DNA of 64,000 nt from Candidatus Eiseniibacteriota bacterium (GCA_965224245.1 OZ245046.1:704001-768000); one strand, 5' to 3'. Counted from the stretch's first letter, positions 29,709-39,953 are shown. Notes: generated by a model not told the origin, from the letters alone. Program-made: numbers and translations.

Positions 29709-31238
29709 TCAGTCGGCGGGTGTCGTCGGGCGCTGCGGGGTCCAGTGCCAGCTGGATCCGGCGGCCGAATCGAGGATGGTGACACCGATGGCCTCGAGCT
29801 CGTCCCGGATGCGGTCCGCGTCGGCGAAGAGCTTCTCCTCTCGCGCACGCTGACGCTCGTCGAGCCTGGCGTCGATGTCGTCGCTGGATTCGGTCACGTG
29901 CTCCGGCCTGAGATCGAGGTCACGGACCGACGTGTCGAGGAGGTCGAGTCCGAGCGCGAGGTCGTAGATGGCGATCAGTCGCAGACGTTCGTCCACCGAG
30001 AGCTCGTTCGTGGTGGCGACCTTGCTCAGGAGCGCAAGCGCCTTGCCCGTGTTGAGGTCGGCGCTGATCGCCTCGTCGAACTCCGTGATCCACGGGCTGG
30101 TCTCGTCCAGGTCGCCCAGCGCGCCCCGGATGGCCGGTGCGAACGAGGCACCGCGCGAGAATCGCACCTCGCGGAACGGCCGCGCCCAGTCGGCGTCGGC
30201 ATCGCGCCTCAGCTCCTCGATCCGGCTCACCAGCCGGGTCAGGCCCGTATGGGCCGCCACCAGCGCGTCGAAGCTGAACTCGACCTGCTGGCGATAGTGC
30301 GACATCAACAGAAAGTACCGGTACACGAGGGGGTGGATGCCCCACGACACGAGGTTCTGAAGGCGCAGGATCTTGCCGCGCGACTTCGACATCTTCTCCA
30401 TCTCGGAGATCAGGAACTCGTTGTGCAGCCAGTACCGGACGCCGGAGTCGTCCGTGTCGAGAAATGCCTGGTTCTGCGCGATCTCGTTGCAGTGATGAAC
30501 CTGGCGGTGATCCACCCCGCCGGTGTGGATGTCGAACGGGGCATCGAGGTACTTGATGCTCATGACCGAGCACTCGAGATGCCATCCCGGCGCGCCGACG
30601 CCCCAGGGGCTCGTCCACTCCATCAGTCGGTTGCTGCTCTCCGGCGACCGACGCCAGACGGCGAAGTCCTCCGGGCTGCGCTTGTCGTCGGCGCTCACCC
30701 TTCTGCCGGCCTCCTGGCCCTCACGGCTCGCGCGGGCCAGCCGCCCGTAGTCCGCGACCTTGGACGTGTCGAAGTAGAGCCCGTCTTCGATCTCGTAGGT
30801 GTAGCCGGCGCGTTCGAGACGTGCGGCGAAGGCGATCATCTCCTGGATGTGATCGGTGGCCTTTGGCCAGACCGACGGCGGCAGGACGCGGAGCGCCTCC
30901 AGCGACTCGCGGAAGTCCGACGCGTAGTGCTCGGCGATCTCCCAGACGGATCGCTTCTCGGCGCGCGCGGCCTTCTCCATCTTGTCCTCACCCTCGTCCT
31001 CGTCGCTCGTGAGGTGCCCGACGTCGGTGATGTTCATCACGTGGAGCACGTCGTAGCCCTTCCACTGGAGGGTGCGCCGGAGCGTGTCGGTGAAGACGTA
31101 CGCGCGGAGGTTGCCGAGGTGTTGATACGCGTAGACCGTGGGCCCGCACGTGTACAGGTGGACGATGTTCGGTCGGATGGACTCGAACGGGACCAGCTCG
31201 CGCTCCATGCTCGAATACAGCGTCAGCGTCGCAGCCAC
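29709..31238 (-). CDS. cysS: Cysteine--tRNA ligase
   Basis: YTCGPTVY, HLGN, NITDVGH, PGWHLECS, DIHTGGVD, KMSKS. Confidence 0.95.
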   Translation of the reverse strand: MAATLTLYSSMERELVPFESIRPNIVHLYTCGPTVYAYQHLGNLRAYVFTDTLRRTLQWKGYDVLHVMNITDVGHLTSDEDEGEDKMEKAARAEKRSVWEIAEHYASDFRESLEALRVLPPSVWPKATDHIQEMIAFAARLERAGYTYEIEDGLYFDTSKVADYGRLARASREGQEAGRRVSADDKRSPEDFAVWRRSPESSNRLMEWTSPWGVGAPGWHLECSVMSIKYLDAPFDIHTGGVDHRQVHHCNEIAQNQAFLDTDDSGVRYWLHNEFLISEMEKMSKSRGKILRLQNLVSWGIHPLVYRYFLLMSHYRQQVEFSFDALVAAHTGLTRLVSRIEELRRDADADWARPFREVRFSRGASFAPAIRGALGDLDETSPWITEFDEAISADLNTGKALALLSKVATTNELSVDERLRLIAIYDLALGLDLLDTSVRDLDLRPEHVTESSDDIDARLDERQRAREEKLFADADRIRDELEAIGVTILDSAAGSSWHWTPQRPTTPAD

Positions 31239-31404
31239 GTGATCGTCACTCCGTCTCGGGGATGGCCCCGGGGGGCCGGTGCCGTGCGTCTCCAGCCGGC
31301 GTGTCATCGGAGGCCGGATACGATACAAGACGCGCGGCCCGGATACCACGCCCGAGGGCAGGATCGGCCGAGCTGCGGCGGTGACCGAGATCCGCCGGGA
31401 TCCG

Positions 31405-32301
31405 CTACCGGAACAGCACCGCGGTTCCCGCCACGGCGAGGATCGCCCCCAGCACGGCCCGGCGTGTGACGCGCTCGCCGAGCCCCCACCGTGAGACGGG
31501 CAGAATCACGACCGGCGTGATCGACATGATCGTGGCCGCGATGCCCGCGGCGGTGTGCTGCACCGCGACCAGCGAGAGCGACACCCCGAGAAACGGCCCG
31601 AAGACGGCGCCGATCGTGATCCGCGTCATGGCGTGGCCGTGCCGGACCGCGCGCCCGACACGCGGCCACATACCCGAGGCGGTGAAGATGACCGCGAAGC
31701 CCGCGATCGCCGCCAGCACGCGAATCTGATTGGCGGCGAAAGCGTCGTAGTCCGCCATCCCGTGCTTGCTCAGGATGAGGCCCACGGCCTGTCCGGTCGC
31801 ACCGCCGAGCCCGAGGAGCACACCGACCCATGACGGGCGCCCGGAGGGCCGGTCGGCAGCCGGGGCACGTTCGACGATCACCCAGGCGACACCCGTCAGC
31901 GTCATGGTCATGCCGACCCAGTCCTTCGCGGCCAGTGTCTCGCCGAGGGCGACGAACCCGAGCAGCGCGGCCAGAGGAGGCGCGAGCGCCATCATCAGCA
32001 TCGACAGACGCGCGCCGATCAGCACGAACGCTCGGAAGAGACAGAGGTCGCCGAGCGTGAAACCGACGAGACCCGACAGCCCGAGCCACGTCCATGCGTG
32101 GCGCGGCGCGTCGAGCGGCAAGGGGGACCCGTGGCGAACCCAGACCACCGGGACGAGGAGGATCGACGCCACGAGGAGCCGGATCAGGTTGACCGGGAGC
32201 GACCCGACGCGCTTGCCGGCCGACTCGAAGGCCAGCGCGGTGATCGCCCAGCAGCACGCCGTGCCCAGCGCGGCGCTCTCACCGAGATAAGACACGTCCA
32301 T
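31405..32301 (-). CDS. DMT/EamA family transporter
   Basis: About ten TM helices in two EamA repeats (LGETL, LGERVT). Confidence 0.9.
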   Translation of the reverse strand: MDVSYLGESAALGTACCWAITALAFESAGKRVGSLPVNLIRLLVASILLVPVVWVRHGSPLPLDAPRHAWTWLGLSGLVGFTLGDLCLFRAFVLIGARLSMLMMALAPPLAALLGFVALGETLAAKDWVGMTMTLTGVAWVIVERAPAADRPSGRPSWVGVLLGLGGATGQAVGLILSKHGMADYDAFAANQIRVLAAIAGFAVIFTASGMWPRVGRAVRHGHAMTRITIGAVFGPFLGVSLSLVAVQHTAAGIAATIMSITPVVILPVSRWGLGERVTRRAVLGAILAVAGTAVLFR

Positions 32302-32636
32302 CGGCGGGTTCTACGCCATCACGCGTCGCGATGCCAGAACGAACGCTCGGTCGGGGAGTGGCGTGCGCATAGTCTCTTCCACGGCAGGCGCATACGCTGC
32401 CATGGGGTGGGCGGGGACGGCGTGTATCGGTTGCTCTCAACCGGGAGATCGCCGCCACGCGACGTGGGACGGCCGCGGTGGACGCGTCGTCCTCGATGTC
32501 GCACCTGAAACCGCGACACACACCGCATGCGGCAAGCTGGTAGAATGTACACCTGGAACACTGGAATGTCGCACCGTCGAAACGTGGGCGGGGGTGCGAC
32601 GACTCGGAAGGAGTCCCCCATCTCTGGAGAGCAAAC

Positions 32637-34895
32637 ATGAACGGTCGGCCCCTCGTTCGTTTCCTCGTGCTGTTCGGCGTCGCGGCCGCAGCAACGGCAG
32701 CGCCGGCGTTGGCCGGCGGGGAAACACAATCTGTCGCGCGTCAATGGAACGAGCGCCTGCTCGAAGCGATCCGCGTCGACTTCGCGCGTCCCACAGTTCA
32801 CGCACGCAACCTGTTTCACACGTCGGTGGCCATGTACGACGCCTGGGCGGCGTACGACGACGTCGCGGTTCCGTGGTTTCTGGGACGCTGGCGCGGGAGC
32901 TATTTCTGTGAGTTCGACGGCGTGCCCGAGCCCGTGGACGTGCAGGCGGCCCGCGAGGAGGCGATCTCGTACGCGACCTACCGGCTGCTGAAGCACCGGT
33001 TCGCCGACTCGCCGGGGGCCGACCGCTCGGTGCCCCAGATCGATTCGCTCTTCGTCGCACTGGGCTACGACTCGCTCTACACCGCGACCGACTACACCGG
33101 CGGCGACGCGGCGGCGCTCGGCAACTACATCGCCGAGAAGCTCATCGACTTCGGTTACCAGGACGGCTCGAACGAGCTGAACGGCTACGAGAACCAGTAC
33201 TACGAGCCGGTGAACGAGCCGCTTCTGCCCGAGCTCCCCGGCAATCCCGACATGGAGTTCCCGAACCGCTGGCAGCCGCTCGGGTTCGACGTGTTCATCG
33301 ACCAGTCCGGGAATCCGATCGCGGACACGGTGCCGCCGTTCCTGAGCCCCGAGTGGGGACAGGTGGTGCCGTTCTCGCTGGACGAGGAGCACCTCACGAT
33401 CTTCCACCGGGACGGGTTCGACTACTGGGTCTACTACGATCCGGGCTTTCCGCCGCCCCTGTTGCCGGTCGGGTACTTCACGCCGCACTACCAGTGGAAC
33501 CACACGCTGGTCGCGATCTGGTCGTCGCACCTCGATCCCGCGGACGGCGTGATGTGGGACATCTCGCCCGCGTCGATCGGCAACATCCAGTACTACCCGA
33601 CCGATCGTGAGGAGCATCCGGACTTCTACGACCTGTACGAGGGCGGTGACCCCGGCATCGGCTGGGATCTGAACCCGGTCACCGGCGAGCCGTACGAGCC
33701 GCAGATCGTCCCGCGGGCCGACTACGCGCGCTGCCTCGCCGAGTTCTGGGCCGACGGACCGAAGTCGGAGACGCCGCCCGGCCATTGGTTCACGATCCTG
33801 AACTACGTAAACGATCATCCGCTGTTCGAGAAGCGCTTCAAGGGCGAGGGCGCGATCCTCGACGAGCTCGAGTGGGACGTGAAGGCGTACTTCATCCTCG
33901 GCGGCACGATGCACGACTGCGCGGTGACCGCATGGGGCATCAAGGGCTGGTACGACTACGTACGTCCGATCTCGGCCATCCGCTACATGAACGAGGTCGG
34001 GCAGTGCACCGATCCCGGTCAGGCGCGGTACGACCTGGCCGGCATGCCGCTCCACCCCGGGTTCGTCGAGGTCGTGGAGGTCGGAGATCCGCTGGCGTCT
34101 GATCCCGAGGCCATCGGTCGCCTGAAGCTCTTCGCGTGGAAGGGACCGGAGTTCATCGAGGACCCGGAGACGGATGTGGCCGGCGTGGACTGGATCCTGG
34201 CCGACAACTGGTGGCCGTATCAGCGACCCACGTTCGTGACGCCACCGTTCGCCGGGTACGTTTCGGGGCACTCGACGTTCTCGCGCGCGGCCGCCGAGGT
34301 CATGACGCTGTTGACCGGCGACGAGTTCTTCCCGGGCGGCATGGGTGAGTTCTTCTGCCCGCAGAACGAGTTCCTGGTCTTCGAGGACGGACCGAGCGTG
34401 GACCTGACGCTCCAGTGGGCCACGTATCGCGACGCATCCGATCAGACCAGCCTGTCGCGGATCTGGGGCGGCATCCACCCGCCGGCCGACGACATTCCGG
34501 GCCGGCTGATCGGCATCGAGCTCGGGCCCGACGCGTTCCACTACGCGGAGGCGTACTTCAACGGCAGTGCGGTCTCAGTGGGGGACGGGAGCGCGCCGAC
34601 GCCGCGTTTCGTCGCCCGGAACGCGCCGAACCCGTTCAACCCGAGGACCACGGTCCGCTACTCGGTGCCCGAGGCGGCCGACATCACGCTCGTCGTGCAC
34701 GACGCGCAGGGTCGCGAGGTGGCGACGCTGGTCACCGGGCCCCGGGACGCCGGGATGCACCAGGTGGTGTGGGACGGCCGGAGCAGCGACGGCCTGAAGG
34801 TCGCCAGCGGCACGTACTTCCTCCAGATGACCGCGGTGACGGCGGCCACCGGTCAGGAGTTCGTCACGTCCGGCAAGATGGTGATGATCAAGTAA
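32637..34895 (+). CDS. Secreted vanadium-dependent haloperoxidase-like (PAP2 superfamily) protein with FlgD-Ig C-terminal domain
   Basis: Signal peptide; ARQWNE, KGWYDYVRP, PPFAGYVSGHS, SRIWGGIH; PNPFNP..WDG..SGTYF. Confidence 0.85.
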   Translation: MNGRPLVRFLVLFGVAAAATAAPALAGGETQSVARQWNERLLEAIRVDFARPTVHARNLFHTSVAMYDAWAAYDDVAVPWFLGRWRGSYFCEFDGVPEPVDVQAAREEAISYATYRLLKHRFADSPGADRSVPQIDSLFVALGYDSLYTATDYTGGDAAALGNYIAEKLIDFGYQDGSNELNGYENQYYEPVNEPLLPELPGNPDMEFPNRWQPLGFDVFIDQSGNPIADTVPPFLSPEWGQVVPFSLDEEHLTIFHRDGFDYWVYYDPGFPPPLLPVGYFTPHYQWNHTLVAIWSSHLDPADGVMWDISPASIGNIQYYPTDREEHPDFYDLYEGGDPGIGWDLNPVTGEPYEPQIVPRADYARCLAEFWADGPKSETPPGHWFTILNYVNDHPLFEKRFKGEGAILDELEWDVKAYFILGGTMHDCAVTAWGIKGWYDYVRPISAIRYMNEVGQCTDPGQARYDLAGMPLHPGFVEVVEVGDPLASDPEAIGRLKLFAWKGPEFIEDPETDVAGVDWILADNWWPYQRPTFVTPPFAGYVSGHSTFSRAAAEVMTLLTGDEFFPGGMGEFFCPQNEFLVFEDGPSVDLTLQWATYRDASDQTSLSRIWGGIHPPADDIPGRLIGIELGPDAFHYAEAYFNGSAVSVGDGSAPTPRFVARNAPNPFNPRTTVRYSVPEAADITLVVHDAQGREVATLVTGPRDAGMHQVVWDGRSSDGLKVASGTYFLQMTAVTAATGQEFVTSGKMVMIK

Positions 34896-34912
34896 CGGCC
34901 TGCCACCGCCCG

Positions 34913-34945
34913 ATGGGCGCTCTCGGTGCCGGCGAGAGCGCCCGT
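34913..34945. terminator. GC-rich hairpin between convergent genes
   Basis: GGGCGCTCTCG-N7-CGAGAGCGCCC; weak U-tract. Confidence 0.45.
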
Positions 34946-35068
34946 GTCCGTTTCGGGCCGGGGAGTCTTCCCTCCGTGGACGCTCCCCGGCCTTTCTCGT
35001 GCTCGTTGCGCGCGGACGGATCTCCGGGCTTCCTCGGATCGCAGCCGGCCGGTGCACCCGTCCGATCG

Positions 35069-36502
35069 CTACTCGGTGTCCCCGTGAAGTCGCGCGTGGA
35101 TCGACGGCGACATGTCCGACAGCGCCGGAGTCCGGACGGTCGCATAGTGGCAGTGGCTGCACGTCCCGCGGCGTGGATGCGGTCCCAGGATGCGTGCGAT
35201 GCCGTCACTGGCCGCCGGATCGATCTCGGCTCCGTCCGCGCCGGAGATCGCCTTCCACACGTCCTCGAAGATCCGGTGGGCCAGCTCGAGGTTGTGCACG
35301 CCCAGCTCGACCGTGATCTCGGCCAGGCGGGCCTCGGCGTGGTCGAGCGACGCGGCGGAGACACCTCGATCGCGAAGCGAGTTGATGAGCGCCTCCAGCG
35401 ACGCGCGGCGCATGCGGATGCCCTCCTGCCACCACTCGAGCACGCGATCGTAGCCATCGGGGTGACACGCGATGCACTCCGCGGCTCCCGCGCGCACCGC
35501 ATGGGCCCGCTGGGCGCCGTTCACACCATCCGGCGCGGCGCCCCGATGACACCCGCGGCAGCTCATGCCGTCGAGGAACTTGGCGCTCGGAACCGCGTTC
35601 GTCTCGTCGGCGAGCCCGAGCACGAACCGCTGGATGTCGACGTGCACCTCGTCGTGGCACGAGTGGCATCCCTCGGCCGCCTCCTCGGCCGTCAGCTCGA
35701 TCTCGTGGTCACCGGGATGACAGATCGCACAGTCGAGTGCGACCACGCCGCTCATCGCCTCGATGGCGTGTACCGGTCGCTCATGGCACCGCGTGCAGGA
35801 GAGACCCCGGTGGACGTCGTGAAGCGCCTGCCGATCCGTGGGATCGGCGGTGAGCGTCTCCAGCGGCGACGGCTGGGGACGGGGCGGCCCATCCGCATCG
35901 CTCGTCCACGGCTCCACGTGACACCCGGTGCAGCGTCGCTCGTCGACGTGGGTCTCCACGTTGGCCGCGTCGTAGTGACAGCGCGTGCACGACACCCCGA
36001 GCCGGGCGAAGCGTTCGTGCGGGATCGCGGTCCCGTCGGGCGTCAGCGAGATGTGGGTCGGTGAGATGTGGCACTCGCGACACGCGCTCGGGTCGCGACC
36101 CGATACCGCGTCCGCATGGCAGAGGTAGCACGCGTCGCTGGACCCGGGCAGCCGGACCTCACCGGGTGCGTGCACGTGGCAGTTCGCGCAGGCGGCCCCT
36201 ACGTCGAGGCCCCCGTGGCCCCGATGGCGAAACGTCACGCCGTGCCGCGTCGCGCGATAGGGGCCGCCGTCACTGTGGCATCCCGCGGCCAGACAGGCCC
36301 CGTCCGGCACCGAGGCCCGGTGCGTCGCGATCGACGTGGGACCCTCGTGACACGTCGCGCAGGCCAGCTCGACGTGACCGGACGGTGCGGACTCGCCGGC
36401 GGGCGGCCGCTCGTCGGTGCCGGCGACACAGCCGACGACACCGATCAGCCCCGCCGCCACGGCGGCGGCGGTGAGCACGCGATTCAGGAGATGAGTGCCC
36501 AT
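35069..36502 (-). CDS. Multiheme c-type cytochrome lipoprotein (13 heme motifs)
   Basis: Lipobox-like VVGC; 12 CXXCH plus 1 CX4CH (CLAAGCH). The upstream part of the track ORF is a shadow of the cytochrome b gene. Confidence 0.85.
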   Translation of the reverse strand: MGTHLLNRVLTAAAVAAGLIGVVGCVAGTDERPPAGESAPSGHVELACATCHEGPTSIATHRASVPDGACLAAGCHSDGGPYRATRHGVTFRHRGHGGLDVGAACANCHVHAPGEVRLPGSSDACYLCHADAVSGRDPSACRECHISPTHISLTPDGTAIPHERFARLGVSCTRCHYDAANVETHVDERRCTGCHVEPWTSDADGPPRPQPSPLETLTADPTDRQALHDVHRGLSCTRCHERPVHAIEAMSGVVALDCAICHPGDHEIELTAEEAAEGCHSCHDEVHVDIQRFVLGLADETNAVPSAKFLDGMSCRGCHRGAAPDGVNGAQRAHAVRAGAAECIACHPDGYDRVLEWWQEGIRMRRASLEALINSLRDRGVSAASLDHAEARLAEITVELGVHNLELAHRIFEDVWKAISGADGAEIDPAASDGIARILGPHPRRGTCSHCHYATVRTPALSDMSPSIHARLHGDTE

Positions 36503-37398
36503 AGGATCATCCCGATGACGGCCAGCCCGGAGGCCAGCGCGAGGTGACCGAAGAGCGCCGCCACGAACGTCGTGCGAGGCCCCGGTGCGGGTGCCGGCAG
36601 ATCGGGCCGCTGGTCGTCGCCCGAGGGCGGCAGGTGCGCATGACGGCGGATCGAGTCGGCGATCTCGGGGTGCTCCTCCTCCATGTAGTGCACCGTCGCC
36701 CGACCGGTGAACATGACCGCGTCCATCGGAAACTTGTCGGGGCGGAGGTGCACGTTGAAGAAGTGCACGGCGAACAGGAAGCAGATCGCGATCAGCGCCT
36801 CGTACCCGTGGAAGATCGTCGCCACGTTGAAGATCCAGCCGGGGAGGATCTGCCCGAAGAAGACCGGGAACCACAGGAGCAGGCCGGATCCGCCGATCAC
36901 GACGAACCCCCAGATCTCGCCCCAGTAGTCGAGCTTCTCCATGTAGCTGTATCGCGCGAACGCCGGACGCGGGCCGAGACCGAACATCCAGCGCCACTGC
37001 CTCACGAAGTCGACGACGTCGCGCGGCTGCGGCACCAGCGAGTCGGGCCCCCACAACAATGCCTTCCGGCTGGGCGCCCGCGCGATCTGCAGCCCCACGT
37101 AGACGAAGTGGATCGTGCCGTAGATCAGCGTCAGCGCGCCGGCGATACGATGCAGGATGCCGGCGCGCTCCACGCCACCGATCAGGCTCATCGCGGGCGC
37201 CGCCCACGGCGCCTCGGGGAAGCGCAACGGTAGTCCGGTCGACACGAGGACGTAGAACGTCACGATCGCCAGCGCGTGTGTGATGCGATGGAATCGGTTG
37301 AACCGCCAGACATAGCCGCCGCCGCCGCGCTGGGCGGAGTCCAGCGGTGTGCGTCCCCGCTGATCGGGTCCGTGCGTCTCGGGCAGCGTGGACGTCAT
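36484..37398 (-). CDS. Cytochrome b membrane subunit (FdnI-like; CbcL b-domain-like)
   Basis: RFNRFHRITH, STGLPL, LHR, IH, YMEKLDYW, HGYEA, VHFFNVHLRP, EEEHP. Confidence 0.88.
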   Translation of the reverse strand: MTSTLPETHGPDQRGRTPLDSAQRGGGGYVWRFNRFHRITHALAIVTFYVLVSTGLPLRFPEAPWAAPAMSLIGGVERAGILHRIAGALTLIYGTIHFVYVGLQIARAPSRKALLWGPDSLVPQPRDVVDFVRQWRWMFGLGPRPAFARYSYMEKLDYWGEIWGFVVIGGSGLLLWFPVFFGQILPGWIFNVATIFHGYEALIAICFLFAVHFFNVHLRPDKFPMDAVMFTGRATVHYMEEEHPEIADSIRRHAHLPPSGDDQRPDLPAPAPGPRTTFVAALFGHLALASGLAVIGMILWALIS

Positions 37399-38642
37399 GA
37401 CTCCGATCCTCCCGAAGGCAGGTCGCCCGGCGTCTCATGGGCGCCGCGCCGTGCGCGCTCGATGGCGGCCAGGCCGCGCCGGCGCTGGATCATGATCCGG
37501 ATCCACCACACGAGCGTGTGAAGACCGAACACGCCGAGCACGCCGATCAGGAGCACGTTCATGAACACGTAGCTCACGAAGAGCTGCGGGTTCTTGTCGA
37601 AGCTCCTCGGATCGGGATGTGCCTCGAACGCGACGAAGCTCGGTCGGGCCTCGGCGTGGCAGCGGCCGCACGTCGCGACCAGGCGGTCGGGGTGTACGCG
37701 CGAGCCCTCCACGCCGGCGGGCAGGATGTCGTGTGCGCCGTGGCAGTCCGAGCACACCGCCGCCTCGCGGGATCGGAGTCGAGCCGCCTTCGTGTGATAC
37801 GTGTCTCCCGACGTGGCGCCATACTCGGCGTGGCACGCGGCGCAGCGATCGATCTCGTACACGCGGAATCCGTCGTCGCCGGGGCCTCGCATCGGATGCG
37901 CCAGATGGCAGCCGGTGCACGCCGGGGCCGTGTCGGTGGTCGCCGTCAGGTCGGTCACGCCGATCTCGCCCGCGAGCACGGCCTGTCCGTGCACGTCGCG
38001 CCGCCACGTCGCGGCCAGCGAGTCGTGACACGCGCCGCAGGTCTCGACCTGGCGCGCCGGCGAGATCCGGGCCAGCGCGTCGTCGGCCCGCCGGATCGTG
38101 TGCGCCCCGTGGCACTCGTGACATGCGGCCTTCCCGCGGTGCGGATCGGCGTGTCCCGTGGCCGCGGGCGACTCCCGGTGACAGCCGGCGCACGTCGCGT
38201 CGGCGATCAGGCGGTCCTCGTCGGATCCAAGGCGCGCGATCGGCATCACGTCGTGCACGCCGTGACAGCTCTCACAGCTCGCGGCACCCCGGCCGTGGAT
38301 GCTCTCGCTCCAGCCCTCGGCCTCGGAGTCGTGGCAGTCCGCGCAGCTCGGGCGGTCCGGTAGGGGGCGCGCGTGCGGATAGTCGTCGATGCCCTCGTGA
38401 CAGTCGGCGCAGGTGACGTCGGCGTGCACGGATCGAGCGCGCGCCAGCGGGTCCACGTAGTGCCCGCGCGCGGCCGGCCACGACCCGATGCGCGTGGCCA
38501 GGAGCTCGGCGTCGCCGTGACACCGGAGGCAGTCGTCGTCGCCGTTGGACGCGGCGGCCGGCCACGGCGACGGTGCGGTCGCGAGCGCAACGGCGAGCCC
38601 GAGGGCGATTGCGCGTGCTGATGGGGTGGTGGTGCGGCTCAT
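37395..38642 (-). CDS. Periplasmic 11-heme cytochrome c with C-terminal TM helix (CbcL c-domain-like)
   Basis: Signal peptide; 11 CXXCH; FMNVLLIGVLGVFGLHTLVWWIR; ATGA overlaps at both ends. Confidence 0.85.
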   Translation of the reverse strand: MSRTTTPSARAIALGLAVALATAPSPWPAAASNGDDDCLRCHGDAELLATRIGSWPAARGHYVDPLARARSVHADVTCADCHEGIDDYPHARPLPDRPSCADCHDSEAEGWSESIHGRGAASCESCHGVHDVMPIARLGSDEDRLIADATCAGCHRESPAATGHADPHRGKAACHECHGAHTIRRADDALARISPARQVETCGACHDSLAATWRRDVHGQAVLAGEIGVTDLTATTDTAPACTGCHLAHPMRGPGDDGFRVYEIDRCAACHAEYGATSGDTYHTKAARLRSREAAVCSDCHGAHDILPAGVEGSRVHPDRLVATCGRCHAEARPSFVAFEAHPDPRSFDKNPQLFVSYVFMNVLLIGVLGVFGLHTLVWWIRIMIQRRRGLAAIERARRGAHETPGDLPSGGSES

Positions 38643-39829
38643 CGTACCCAGGCCCCCAGAGCGATCACGAGCGCCTGACAGGTGCCGTGCGCCAGAAGCG
38701 ATGCCACCCACCCGAATCGCAGGTACAGATACCCCAGAATCAGCGCCGGAGCGGTGGCCGTGGCCGCGAGAAAGCCGGCGGTGGTCGCGGCGTGCGGCAT
38801 GCCCAGCGAGAGAACGCCGGGCAGGTTCGCCAGCGTCTCGATCACCGCGGCGCCGACGATGGCCCCGATCGCGGCCAGGGCGATGGATCGTCGGCTCAGG
38901 CGCTCGAGGATCGTGGTCACGATCGCGAGCCGGAACACCACGCCCAGGATCACGACCTCTCCCACGCCGCGGACGATCGCGTGGGGCAGATCGACGCCGT
39001 CGGCGAACGTGGGGACGAAGCTCGGCGGGCCGTGGAAGAGAAGCACCGACGCGGCCATCAGGACACCCCCGGCCGCCGCCGCCATCAGTCCGACGGCGCG
39101 CATGCCCGCGTCGCCGGCCAGCGTGAGCGACGGAGGGTGCACGAGCCGCGCCCGCCGCCGCAAGCCGAGCGTGACGCCGGGCCCCACGAACCAGGTCACG
39201 ATCACGATCGCCAGGAGGACGAGCGCATCGGCCGGAAGCGAGATCCGGTTCCAGAGCACGCGCGGCCCCGGGCTCACGAGCTCGGCGATCAGGGCGATCA
39301 GCGAGAGGAGGGTGGCCGTCGCCCCGAGGCGCCACTCGGGCCAGCGCCGGAACGCGGTCACGATGGCCCGGGTTCCCTGGACCGCGGCGGTCACCGTGAC
39401 GGCGGCGGCGATGATCCATCCCGACGCGACGGCGACCGTCGGCCCCAGGGCTCCCCGCGCCCAGAGGGTCTCGGTCATGGCGACCACCCCGGCGACGCCC
39501 CAGAGCGCGGCCACCGCCGGCAGGGTGTACATCGACGAGATCCCGACGGCCGTCCACGCCTCGGGGACCGACTTCCAGTGCCGTCGTCCGACGACCCCGA
39601 GGAAGGCGCCGTGCAGGAGGCCGATCAGCGCCCCCACGAAGAACCGGACGCTGCTGTCGAGCCAGATCGCGGACGGGGTTTCGGCCGAGGCGCCGAAGAA
39701 CGCCGGCCAGACGCCGCCGACGACGATTCCGCCCGCGGACGTCCAGGAGACGACGACCGCCCCGGTCAGCCCGACCTCGCGCACCATGCGGTGCGCCGCC
39801 ATCTGGCGATGCGTGATCGTCGTGGACAT
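38639..39829 (-). CDS. Polytopic membrane protein with a degenerate CPBP-like C-terminal region
   Basis: GGAGAGG RBS; about ten hydrophobic segments; LLHGA; GEVVILGVVFR and GYLYLRFGWVASLLAHG. Confidence 0.65.
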   Translation of the reverse strand: MSTTITHRQMAAHRMVREVGLTGAVVVSWTSAGGIVVGGVWPAFFGASAETPSAIWLDSSVRFFVGALIGLLHGAFLGVVGRRHWKSVPEAWTAVGISSMYTLPAVAALWGVAGVVAMTETLWARGALGPTVAVASGWIIAAAVTVTAAVQGTRAIVTAFRRWPEWRLGATATLLSLIALIAELVSPGPRVLWNRISLPADALVLLAIVIVTWFVGPGVTLGLRRRARLVHPPSLTLAGDAGMRAVGLMAAAAGGVLMAASVLLFHGPPSFVPTFADGVDLPHAIVRGVGEVVILGVVFRLAIVTTILERLSRRSIALAAIGAIVGAAVIETLANLPGVLSLGMPHAATTAGFLAATATAPALILGYLYLRFGWVASLLAHGTCQALVIALGAWVR

Positions 39830-39876
39830 GACCTCTCCGATGTGACGAAGCCAACCACGCTATCGGCCGCCCGGGG

Positions 39877-39902
39877 TCGTGGAAAATACGGACTTTCCAC
39901 GA
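39877..39902. promoter_or_regulatory. 9-8-9 inverted repeat in the divergent promoter of the cytochrome island
   Basis: TCGTGGAAA-ATACGGAC-TTTCCACGA. Confidence 0.5.
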
Positions 39903-39953
39903 GGCGACGGTGCGTCATGATGACGGGCTTCTCGGCGACCTCCGGAGGCGGAC

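Noticed and set aside
35069-39854. Track ORFs of 789 aa and 819 aa as giant fused cytochromes
   Set aside because: Their N-terminal halves are off-frame overlaps of the upstream genes; signal peptides support starts at 36502 and 38642.
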